A stretch of DNA of 64,000 nt from Auanema rhodensis (taxonomy: Eukaryota; Animalia; Nematoda): NCBI GenBank assembly GCA_964057225.1, contig OZ059899.1:18352001-18416000 (forward strand), read 5' to 3'. Below, in pieces: positions 25,901-38,500 of the stretch. The translations under genes were made by a program, and so were the position numbers. Position 1 is the first letter of the stretch. The number at the start of each line of letters is the position of its first letter. Below the pieces are notes generated by a model. That model ran no database searches. It was not told the DNA's origin and saw only the letters and a list, made by a program, of their open reading frames with translations.

Positions 25901-28900
25901 CATTGTTTCTTGTAATATTGGATTTGAATATTGCTTTGTTTGCTTTAAGATTTTTGCTACTACATGCCCTGTGTTTACTGCTCTAGCTAGTTTTCAATTT
26001 TTATGAGATTTTTCATCATCTTACAACAAATTCATTTGAATCTCATGTGAATTATTTTTTTTTTTAAAAAAGCATTGAATTTCATTGTTTCTTGTAATGA
26101 TGGATTTGAATATTGCTTCGTTAGTTTTATGATTTTTGCTACTGTATAGCTTCAGTTTGCTGCTCTAGCTGGTTTTCAATTTTTATGAGATTTTTCATCA
26201 TCTTACAACAAATTCAATTGAATCTAACATGAAATATTTTTCCTTTTTGAAAAGCATTGAATATCATTGTTCCTTGTAATATTGGATTTGAATATTGCTT
26301 TGTTAGCTTTAAGATGTTTGCTTATGCATAGCTTCAGTTTGCTGCTCTAGCTGGTTTTCAATTTTTATGAGATTTTTCATCATCTTACAACAAATTCAAT
26401 TGAATCTAACATGAAATATTTTTTCGTTTTGAAAAGCATTGAATATCATTGTTCCTTATAATATTGGATTTGAATATTGCTTCGTTAGTTTTATGATTTT
26501 TGCTACTGTATAGCTTCAGTTTGCTGCTCTAGCTGGTTTTCAATTTTTATGAGATTTTTCATCATCTTACAACAAATTCATTTGAATCTAACATGAAATA
26601 TTTTTTCGTTTTGAAAAGCATTGAATATCATTGTTCCTTGTAATATTGGATTTGAATATTGCTTTGTTAGCTTTAAGATTTTTGCTACTACATGCCCTGT
26701 GTTTACTGCTCTAGCTAGTTTTCAATTTTTATGAGATTTTTCATCATCTTACAACAAATTCATTTGAATCTAACATGAACTATTTTTTCGTTTCAAATAA
26801 TAGTGAATATCATTGTTTCTTGTAATATTGGATTTGAATATTGCTTTGTTTGCTTTAAGATTTTTGCTACTACATGCCCTGTGTTTACTGCTCTAGCTAG
26901 TTTTCAATTTTTATGAGATTTTTCATCATCTTACAACAAATTCATTTGAATCTCATGTGAATTATTTTTTTTTTTAAAAAAGCATTGAATTTCATTGTTT
27001 CTTGTAATGATGGATTTGAATATTGCTTTGTTAGCTTTATGATTTTTGCTACTGTTTAGCTTCAGTTTGCTGCTCTAGCTGGTTTTCAATTTTTATGAGA
27101 TTTTTCATCATCTTACAACAAATTCAATTGAATCTAACATGAATTATTTTTTCGTTTTGAAAAGCATTGAATATCATTGTTCCTTGTAATATTGGATTTG
27201 AATATTGCTTTGTTAGCTTTAAGATGTTTGCTTATGCATAGCTTCAGTTTGCTGCTCTAGCTGGTTTTCACTTTTTATGAGATTTTTCATCATCTTACAA
27301 CAAATTCAATTGAATCTCATGTGAATTATTTTTTTTTTTAAAAAAGCATTGAATTTCATTGTTTCTTGTAATGATGGATTTGAATATTGCTTTGTTAGCT
27401 TTATGATTTTTGCTACTGTATAGCTTCAGTTTGCTGCTCTAGCTGGTTTTCAATTTTTATGAGATTTTTCATCATCTTACAACAAATTCAATTGAATCTA
27501 ACATGAAATATTTTTTCGTTTTGAAAAGCATTGAATATCATTGTTCCTTGTAATATTGGATTTGAATATTGCTTTGTTAGCTTTATGATTTTTGCTACTG
27601 TATAGCTTCAGTTTGCTGCTCTAGCTGGTTTTCAATTTTTATGAGATTTTTCATCATCTTACAACAAATTCAATTGAATCTAACATGAAATATTTTTTCG
27701 TTTTGAAAAGCATTGAATATCATTGTTCCTTGTAATATTGGATTTGAATATTGCTTTGTTAGCTTTAAGATGTTTGCTTATGCATAGCTTCAGTTTGCTG
27801 CTCTAGCTGGTTTTCAATTTTTATGAGATTTTTCATCATCTTACAACAAATTCAATTGAATCTAACATGAAATATTTTTTCGTTTTGAAAAGCATTGAAT
27901 ATCTTTGTTCCTTGTAATATTGGATTTGAATATTGCTTTGTTAGCTTTAAGATTTTTGCTACTACATGCCCTGTGTTTACTGCTCTAGCTAGTTTTCAAT
28001 TTTTATGAGATTTTTCATCATCTTACAACAAATTCATTTGAATCTAACATGAAATATTTTTTCGTTTTGAAAAGCATTGAATATCATTGTTCCTTGTAAT
28101 GATGGATTTGAATATTGCTTCGTTAGTTTTATGATTTTTGCTACTGTGTAGCTTCAGTTTGCTGCTCTAGCTGGTTTTCAATTTTTATGAGATATTTCAT
28201 CATCTTACAACAAATTCAATTGAATCTAACATGAACTATTTTTTCGTTTCAAATAGTAGTGAATATCATTGTTTCTTGTAATATTGGATTTGAATATTGC
28301 TTTGTTTGCTTTAAGATTTTTGCTACTACATGCCCTGTGTTTACTGCTCTAGCTAGTTTTCAATTTTTATGAGATTTTTCATCATCTTACAACAAATTCA
28401 TTTGAATCTCATGTGAATTATTTTTTTTTTTAAAAAAGCATTGAATTTCATTGTTTCTTGTAATGATGGATTTGAATATTGCTTCGTTAGTTTTATGATT
28501 TTTGCTACTGTATAGCTTCAGTTTGCTGCTCTAGCTGGTTTTCAATTTTTATGAGATTTTTCATCATCTTACAACAAATTCAATTGAATCTAACATGAAA
28601 TATTTTTCCTTTTTGAAGAGCATTGAATATCATTGTTCCTTGTAATATTGGATTTGAATATTGCTTTGTTAGCTTTAAGATGTTTGCTTATGCATAGCTT
28701 CAGTTTGCTGCTCTAGCTGGTTTTCACTTTTTATGAGATTTTTCATCATCTTACAACAAATTCAATTGAATCTAACATGAAATATTTTTTCGTTTTGAAA
28801 AGCATTGAATATCATTGTTTCTTGTAATATTGGATTTGAATATTGCTTTGTTAGCTTTAAGATGTTTGCTTATGCATAGCTTCAGTTTGCTGCTCTAGCT

Positions 28901-31744
28901 GGTTTTCAATTTTTATGAGATTTTTCATCATCTTACAACAAATTCAATTGAATCTAACATGAAATATTTTTTCGTTTTGAAAAGCATTGAATATCATTAT
29001 TTCTTGTAATAATTGATTTGATTATTGCTTTGTTAGCTTTATGATTTTTGCTACTGTATAGCTTCAGTTTGCTGCTCTAGCTGGTTTTCAATTTTTATTA
29101 GATTTTTCACCATCTTGCAACAAATTCATTTGAATCTAATATGAACTATTTTTTCGTTTCAAATAGTAGTGAATATAATTGTTTCTTGTAATATTGGATT
29201 TGAATATTGCTTTGTTTGCTTTAAGATTTTTGCTACTACATGCCCTGTGTTTACTGCTCTAGCTAGTTTTCCATTTTTATGAGAATAATCGTCCTGTGAC
29301 AACAAATTCATTTGAATCTAATATGAATTTTTTTTTGAAAAGCATTGAATTTCATTGTTTCTTGTAATGATGGATTTGAATATTGCTTCGTTAGCTTTAT
29401 GATTTTTGCTTCTGCATAGCTTCAGTTTGCTGCTTTAGCTGGTTTTCACTTTTTATTAGATTTTTCATAATCTTACAACAAATTCAATTGAATCTAAGAT
29501 GAATTATTTTTTCGTTTTGAAAAGCATTGAATATCATTGTTTCTTGTAATAATTGATTTGAATATTGCTTTGTTACCTTTAACATTTTTGCTTCTGCATA
29601 GCTTCAGTTTGCTGCTTTAGCTGGTTTTCACTTTTTATTAGATTTTTCATAATCTTACAACAAATTCAATTGAATCTAAGATGAAATATTTTTTCGTTTT
29701 GAAAAGCATTGAATATCATTGTTTCTTGTAATAATTGATTTGAATATTGCTTTGTTAGCTTTATGATTTTTGCTACTGTATAGCTTCAGTTTGCTGCTCT
29801 AGCTGGTTTTCAATTTTTATTAGATTTTTCACCATCTTGCAACAAATTCATTTGAATCTAATATGATCTATTTTTTCGTTTCAAATAGTAGTGAATATAA
29901 TTGTTTCTTGTAATATTGGATTTGAATATTGCTTTGTTTGCTTTAAGATTTTTGCTACTACATGCCCTGTGTTTACTGCTCTAGCTAGTTTTCCATTTTT
30001 ATGAGAATAATCGTCCTGTGACAACAAATTCATTTGAATCTAATATGAATTTTTTTTTTTTAAAAAGCATTGAATTTCATTGTTTCTTGTAATGATGGAT
30101 TTGAATATTGCTTTGTTACCTTTAACATTTTTGCTTCTGCATAGCTTCAGTTTGCTGCTTTAGCTGGTTTTCACTTTTTATTAGATTTTTCATAATCTCA
30201 CAACAAATTCAATTGAATCTAATATGAACTATTTTTTCGTTTAGTAGTGAGTATCATTGTTTCTTGTAATATTGGATTTGATTATTGCTTCGTTTGTTTT
30301 AAGATTTTGCTACTGCATAGCTTCAGTTTGCTGCTCTAGCTGGTTTTCTATTATTATGAGATTTTTCATAATCTTGCAACAAATTCATTTGAATCTAATA
30401 TGAACTATTTTTTCGTTTCAAATAGTAGTGAATATCATTGTTTCTTGTAATATTGGATTTGAATATTACTTTGATAGTTATAAGATTTTTGCTACTACAT
30501 GCCCTGTGTTTACTGCTCTAGCTAGTTTTCCATTTTTATGAGAATAATAGTCCTGTGACAACAAATTCATTTGAATCTAATATGAATTATTTTTTCTTTT
30601 TAAGAAGCATTGAATATCATTGTTTCTTGTAATGATGGATTTGAATATTTCTTCGTTAGCTTTATGATTTTTGCTACTACATGCCCTGTGTTTACTGCTC
30701 TAGCTGGTTTTCCATTTTTATTAGATTTTTCATCATCTTGCTACAAATTCATTTGAATCTAATATGAACTATTTTTTCGTTTAGTAGTGAGTATCATTGT
30801 TTCTTGTAATATTGGATTTGATTATTGCTTCGTTTGTTTTAAGATTTTCCTTCTGCATAGCTTCAGTGCTCTAGCTGGTTTTCCATTTTTATGAGATTTT
30901 TCATCATCTTACAACAAATTCATTTAAATCTAACATGAATTATTTTTTCGTTTGAAAAAGCATTGAATTTCATTGTTTCTTGTAATATTGGATTTGATTA
31001 TTGCTTTGTTAGCTTTAAAATTTTTGCTACTACATGTCCTGTGTTTACTGCTCTAGCTGGTTTTCACTTTTTATGAGATTTTTCATCATCTTACAAGAAA
31101 TTCATTTAAATCTAACATGAATTGTTTTTTCGTTTTAAAAAGCATTGAATTTCATTGTTTCTGGTAATATTGGATTTGATTATTGCTTTGTTAGCTTTAA
31201 AATTTTTGCTACTACATGTCCTGTGTTTACTGCTCTAGCTGGTTTTCACTTTTTATGAGATTTTTCATCATTATACAACAAATACATTTAAATCTAACAT
31301 GAATTGTTTTTTTCGTTTTAAAAAGCATTGAATTTCATTGTTTCTGGTAATATTGGATTTGATTATTGCTTCGTTTGTTTTAAGATTTTGCTTCTGCATA
31401 GCTTCAGTGCTCTAGCTGGTTTTCCATTTTTATGAGATTTTTCATCATCTTACAAGAAATTCAATTGAATCTAACATGAATTATTTTTTCGTTTTAAAAA
31501 GCATTGAATTTCATTGCTTCTTGTAATATTGGATTTGATTATTGCTTTGTTAGCTTTAAGATTTTTGCTACTACATGTGCTGTGTTTACTGCTCTAGCTG
31601 GTTTTCACTTTTTATGAGATTTTTCATCATCTTACAACAAATTCATTTAAATATAACATGAATTATTTTTTCGTTTGAAAAAGCATTGAATTTCATTGTT
31701 TCTTGTAATATTGGATTTGATTATTGCTTCGTATTGCTTTGTTT
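19938..31744 (+). repeat. Tandem satellite array, 182-bp monomer (SatB), forward orientation, ~65 copies
   Basis: CATCTTACAA occurs at 20011, 20193, 20375, 20557 ... 28201 (= 20011 + 45x182), an exact 182-bp period. About 28% GC and T-rich on the + strand. Indels appear after ~29,300. Confidence 0.99.
20024..20035. repeat. 12-bp perfect palindrome ATTCAATTGAAT in most SatB monomers
   Basis: Self-complementary. Variants ATTCATTTGAAT and ATTCAATTAAAT break it in some copies. Confidence 0.9.
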
Positions 31745-31761
31745 ATTTCTCTTATTTTTAT
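31745..31761. other. Inversion centre: 17-bp non-satellite filler ATTTCTCTTATTTTTAT between forward and reverse SatB
   Basis: Forward SatB ends ...ATTGCTTCGT ATTGCTTTGTTT (31723-31744). Reverse SatB starts TACTATTTGAAACGAAAAAATAGTTCAT at 31762, the reverse complement of ATGAACTATTTTTTCGTTTCAAATAGTA. Confidence 0.9.
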
Positions 31762-32540
31762 TACTATTTGAAACGAAAAAATAGTTCATATTAGATTCAA
31801 ATGAATTTGTTGCAAGATGATGAAAAATCTCATAAAAATGGAAAACCAGCTAGAGCACTGAAGCTATGCAGAAGCAAAATCTTAAAACAAACGAAGCAAT
31901 AATCAAATCCAATATTACAAGAAACAATGAAATTCAATGCTTTTTAAAACGAAAAAATAATTCATATTAGATTCAATTGAATTTCTTGTAAGATGATGAA
32001 AAATCTCATAAAAATGGAAAACCAGCTAGAGCACTGAAGCTATGCAAAAGCAAAATCTTAAAACAAACGAAGTAATAATCAAATCCAATATTACAAGAAA
32101 CAATGAAATTCAATGCTTTTTAAAACGAAAAAATAATTCATGTTAGATTTAAATGAATTTGTTGTAAGATGATGAAAATTCTCATAAAAATTGAAAACCA
32201 GCTAGAGCAGTAAACACAGGACATGTAGTAGCAAAAATTTTAAAGCTAACAAAGCAATAATCAAATCCAATATTACAAGAAACAATGAAATTCAATGCTT
32301 TTTCAAACGAAAAAATAATTCATGTTAGATTTAAATGAATTTGTTGTAAGATGATGAAAAATCTCATAAAAAGTGAAAACCAGCTAGAGCAGTAAACACA
32401 GCACATGTAGTAGCAAAAATCTAAAAGCTAACAAAGCAATAATCAAATCCAATATTACAAGAAACATAGAAATTCAATGCTTTTTAAAACGAAAAAATAA
32501 TTCATATTAGATTCAATTGAATTTGTTGTCACATGACGAT
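31762..32540 (-). repeat. 182-bp satellite (SatB), inverted, ~4.3 degenerate copies
   Basis: Reads such as GAAAACCAGCTAGAGCAGTAAACACAGGACATGTAGTAGCAAAAA are reverse complements of SatB. The block ends TTGTTGTCACATGACGAT at 32540. Confidence 0.97.
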
Positions 32541-35500
32541 AAGTATAAGTGTGAACTTATATCAGTTGATATCTCGGTTCCTTTTTAAGCTAGCGCATAT
32601 CTGATAACATAGATCGACGCAGCTTAAAAATCCGCATCAAAAGCACTATATTACATTGAAAAACGCTCAATACAAAAATTAGTTATGATCGTTTGAAAAA
32701 TGATGCATTAGTGTATGTTGAGTTTCCATGTACACTCAACATTGCTTCCAAAAACATTTTGACAAAAATTTTCCCGAAAAATTTCAGAATAATTGCACAA
32801 AAAGTAGATGGTTTTAAATTCTTTTTTTGAGGCAAAGACGATGAACAATGTTATTCAACGAAAAAATTAATTCTTCAGGGTGAAAATCGAGGATATAAGT
32901 GTGAACTTATATCAGTTGATATCTCGGTGCATTTTCAAGCTAGCGCAAATCTGATAACATAGATCGACGCAGCTTAAAAATCCGCATCAAAAGCACTATA
33001 TTACATCGAGAAACGCTTGATACAAAAATTAGGTATGATCGTTTGAAAAATGATGCATTAGTGTATGTTGAGTTTCCATGTACACTCAACATTGCTTCCA
33101 AAAACATTTTGACAAAAATTTTTCCGAAAAATTTCGAAAAAATTTCGCGAAAAGTAGATGTTTTTAGATTCCTTTTTTCAAGGCAAAGACGATGGACAAT
33201 GTTATTCAACGAAAAAATTATTTCTGCAGGGTGAAAATCGAGGATATAAGTGTGAACATATATCAGTTGATATCTCGGTGCATTTTCAAGCTAGCGCAAA
33301 TCTGATAACACAGATCGACGCAGCTTAAAAATCCGCATCGAATGCACTATACAACATTGAGAAACGCTTAATACAAAAATTAGTTATGATCGTTTGAAAA
33401 ATGATGCATTAGTGTATGTTGAGTTTCCATGTACACTCAACATAGCTTCCAAAAACATTTTGACAAAAATTTTTCCGAAAAATTTCAAAATAAATTCGCA
33501 AAAAGTAGATGTTTTTAGATTCCTTTTTTCAAGGCAAAGACGATGGACAATGTCATTCAACGAAAAAATTATTTCTGCAGGGTGAAAATCGAGGATATAA
33601 GTGTGAACTTATATCAGTTGATATCTCGGTGCATTTTTAAGCTAGCGCAAATCTGATAACACAGATCGACGCAGCTTAAAAATCCGCATCGAATGCACTA
33701 TACTGCATTGAGAAACGCTTATTACAAAAATTAGGTATGATCGTTTGAAAAATGATGCATTAGTGTATGTTGAGTTTCCATGTACACTCAACATAGCTTC
33801 CAAAAACATTTTGACAAAAATTTTTCCGAAAAATTTTAAAATAATTTCGCAAAAAGTCGATGTTTTTAGATTTCTTTTTTCAAGGCAAAGACGATGGACA
33901 ATGTTATTCAACGAAAAAATTATTTCTGCAGGGTGAAAATCGAGGATATAAGTGTGAACTTATATCAGTTGATATCTCGGTGCATTTTTAAGCTAGCGCA
34001 AATCTGATAACACAGATCGACGCAGCTTAAAAATCCGCATCGAATGCACTATACTACATTGAGAAACGCTTGATACAAAAATTAGGTATGATCGTTTGAA
34101 AAATGATGCATTAGTGTATGTTGAGTTTCCATGTACACTCAACATTGCTTCCAAAAACATTTTGACAAAAATTTTTCCGAAAAATTTCGAAAAAATTTCG
34201 CGAAAAGTAGATGTTTTTAGATTCCTTTTTTCAAGGCAAAGACGATGGACAATGTTATTCAACGAAAAAATTATTTCTGCAGGGTGAAAATCGAGGATAT
34301 AAGTGTGAACTTATATCAGTTGATATCTCGGTGCATTTTTAAGCTAGCGCAAATCTGATAACACAGATCGACGCAGCTTAAAAATCCGCATCGAATGCAC
34401 TATACAACATTGAGAAACGCTCAATACAAAAATTAGTTATGATCGTTTGAAAAATGATGCATTAGTGTATGTTGAGTTTCCATGTACACTCAACATTGCT
34501 TCCAAAAACATTTTGATAAAAATTTTTCCGAAAAATTTCGAAAAAATTTCGCGAAAAGTAGATGTTTTTAGATTCCTTTTTTCAAGGCAAAGACGATGGA
34601 CAATGTTATTCAACGAAAAAATTATTTCTGCAGGGTGAAAATCGAGGATATAAGTGTGAACTTATATCAGTTGATATCTCGGTGCATTTTTAAGCTAGCG
34701 CAAATCTGATAACACAGATCGACGCAGCTTAAAAATCCGCATCGAATGCACTATACAACATTGAGAAACGCTCAATACAAAAATTAGTTATGATCGTTTG
34801 AAAAATGATGCATTAGTGTATGTTGAGTTTCCATGTACACTCAACATTGCTTCCAAAAACATTTTGATAAAAATTTTTCCGAAAAATTTCGAAAAAATTT
34901 CGCGAAAAGTAGATGTTTTTAGATTCCTTTTTTCAAGGCAAAGACGATGGACAATGTTATTCAACGAAAAAATTATTTCTGCAGGGTGAAAATCGAGGAT
35001 ATAAGTGTGAACTTATATCAGTTGATATCTCGGTGCATTTTTAAGCTAGCGCAAATCTGATAACACAGATCGACGCAGCTTAAAAATCCGCATCGAATGC
35101 ACTATACTACATTGAGAAACGCTTGATACAAAAATTAGGTATGATCGTTTGAAAAATGATGCATTAGTGTATGTTGAGTTTCCATGTACACTCAACATTG
35201 CTTCCAAAAACATTTTGATAAAAATTTTTCCGAAAAATTTCAAAATAATTTCGCAAAAAGTAGATGTTTTTAGATTCCTTTTTTCAAGGCAAAGACGATG
35301 GACAATGTCATTCAACGAAAAAATTATTTCTGCAGGGTGAAAATCGAGGATATAAGTGTGAACTTATATCAGTTGATATCTCGGTGCATTTTTAAGCTAG
35401 CGCAAATCTGATAATACAGATCGACGCAGCTTAAAAATCCGCATCGAATGCACTATACAACATTGAGAAACGCTTATTACAAAAATTAGGTATGATCGTT

Positions 35501-38500
35501 TGAAAAATGATGCATTAGTGTATGTTGAGTTTCCATGTACACTCAACATTGCTTCCAAAAACATTTTGACAAAAATTTTTCCGAAAAATTTCGAAAAAAT
35601 TTCGCGAAAAGTAGATGTTTTTAGATTCCTTTTTTCAAGGCAAAGACGATGGACAATGTTATTCAACGAAAAAATTATTTCTGCAGGGTGAAAATCGAGG
35701 ATATAAGTGTGAACTTATATCAGTTGATATCTCGGTGCATTTTTAAGCTAGCGCAAATCTGATAACACAGATCGACGCAGCTTAAAAATCCGCATCGAAT
35801 GCACTATACTGCATTGAGAAACGCTTATTACAAAAATTAGGTATGATCGTTTGAAAAATGATGCATTAGTGTATGTTGAGTTTCCATGTACACTCAACAT
35901 AGCTTCCAAAAACATTTTGACAAAAATTTTTCCGAAAAATTTTAAAATAATTTCGCAAAAAGTCGATGTTTTTAGATTTCTTTTTTCAAGGCAAAGACGA
36001 TGGACAATGTTATTCAACGAAAAAATTATTTCTGCAGGGTGAAAATCGAGGATATAAGTGTGAACTTATATCAGTTGATATCTCGGTGCATTTTTAATCT
36101 AGCGCAAATCTGATAATACAGATCGACGCAGCTTAAAAATCCGCATCGAATGCACTATACAACATTGAGAAACGCTTGATACAAAAATTAGGTATGATCG
36201 TTTGAAAAATGATGCATTAGTGTATGTTGAGTTTCCATGTACACTCAACATTGCTTCCAAAAACATTTTGACAAAAATTTTTCCGAAAAATTTCGAAAAA
36301 ATTTCGCGAAAAGTAGATGTTTTTAGATTCCTTTTTTCAAGGCAAAGACGATGGACAATGTTATTCAACGAAAAAATTATTTCTGCAGGGTGAAAATCGA
36401 GGATATAAGTGTGAACTTATATCAGTTGATATCTCGGTGCATTTTTAAGCTAGCGCAAATCTGATAACACAGATCGACGCAGCTTAAAAATCCGCATCGA
36501 ATGCACTATACAACATTGAGAAACGCTCAATACAAAAATTAGTTATGATCGTTTGAAAAATGATGCATTAGTGTATGTTGAGTTTCCATGTACACTCAAC
36601 ATTGCTTCCAAAAACATTTTGATAAAAATTTTTCCGAAAAATTTCGAAAAAATTTCGCGAAAAGTAGATGTTTTTAGATTCCTTTTTTCAAGGCAAAGAC
36701 GATGGACAATGTTATTCAACGAAAAAATTATTTCTGCAGGGTGAAAATCGAGGATATAAGTGTGAACTTATATCAGTTGATATCTCGGTGCATTTTTAAG
36801 CTAGCGCAAATCTGATAACACAGATCGACGCAGCTTAAAAATCCGCATCGAATGCACTATACAACATTGAGAAACGCTCAATACAAAAATTAGTTATGAT
36901 CGTTTGAAAAATGATGCATTAGTGTATGTTGAGTTTCCATGTACACTCAACATTGCTTCCAAAAACATTTTGATAAAAATTTTTCCGAAAAATTTCGAAA
37001 AAATTTCGCGAAAAGTAGATGTTTTTAGATTCCTTTTTTCAAGGCAAAGACGATGGACAATGTTATTCAACGAAAAAATTATTTCTGCAGGGTGAAAATC
37101 GAGGATATAAGTGTGAACTTATATCAGTTGATATCTCGGTGCATTTTTAAGCTAGCGCAAATCTGATAACACAGATCGACGCAGCTTAAAAATCCGCATC
37201 GAATGCACTATACTACATTGAGAAACGCTTGATACAAAAATTAGGTATGATCGTTTGAAAAATGATGCATTAGTGTATGTTGAGTTTCCATGTACACTCA
37301 ACATTGCTTCCAAAAACATTTTGATAAAAATTTTTCCGAAAAATTTCAAAATAATTTCGCAAAAAGTAGATGTTTTTAGATTCCTTTTTTCAAGGCAAAG
37401 ACGATGGACAATGTCATTCAACGAAAAAATTATTTCTGCAGGGTGAAAATCGAGGATATAAGTGTGAACTTATATCAGTTGATATCTCGGTGCATTTTTA
37501 AGCTAGCGCAAATCTGATAACACAGATCGACGCAACTTAAAAATCCGCATCGAATGCACTATACAACATTGAGAAACACTTAATACAAAAATTAGTTATG
37601 ATCGTTTGAAAAATGATGCATTAGTGTATGTTGAGTTTCCATGTACACTCAACATTGCTTCCAAAAACATTTTGACAAAAATTTTTCCGAAAAATTTCAA
37701 AGTAATTTCGCGAAAAGTAGATGTTTTTAGATTCCTTTTTTCAAGGCAAAGACGATGGACAATGTTATTCAACGAAAAAATTATTTCTGCAGGGTGAAAA
37801 TCGAGGATATAAGTGTGAACTTATATCAGTTGATATCTCGGTGCATTTTTAATCTAGCGCAAATCTGATAATACAGATCGACGCAGCTTAAAAATCCGCA
37901 TCGAATGCACTATACAACATTGAGAAACGCTTAATACAAAAATTAGTTATGATCGTTTGAAAAATGATGCATTAGTGTATGTTGAGTTTCCATGTACACT
38001 CAACATAGCTTCCAAAAACATTTTGACAAAAATTTTTCCGAAAAATTTCAAAATAAATTCGCAAAAAGTAGATGTTTTTAGATTCCTTTTTTCAAGGCAA
38101 AGACGATGGACAATGTCATTCAACGAAAAAATTATTTCTGCAGGGTGAAAATCGAGGATATAAGTGTGAACTTATATCAGTTGATATCTCGGTGCATTTT
38201 TAAGCTAGCGCAAATCTGATAATACAGATCGACGCAGCTTAAAAATCCGCATCGAATGCACTATACAACATTGAGAAACGCTTATTACAAAAATTAGGTA
38301 TGATCGTTTGAAAAATGATGCATTAGTGTATGTTGAGTTTCCATGTACACTCAACATTGCTTCCAAAAACATTTTGACAAAAATTTTTCCGAAAAATTTC
38401 GAAAAAATTTCGCGAAAAGTAGATGTTTTTAGATTCCTTTTTTCAAGGCAAAGACGATGGACAATGTTATTCAACGAAAAAATTATTTCTGCAGGGTGAA

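Noticed and set aside
31700-31800. Inversion as a fold-back chimeric read or assembly artefact
   Set aside because: An artefact would give near-identical mirror arms. Here the arms differ in length, junction phase and near-fixed alleles. Read-level confirmation is still advisable.
19938-32540. SatB block as a transposon insertion or the Arabidopsis-type 178/180-bp centromeric repeat
   Set aside because: There are no terminal repeats, target-site duplication or coding capacity, and the flanks are in opposite orientation and different phase. The monomer is 182 bp and does not resemble CEN180 as I recall it.
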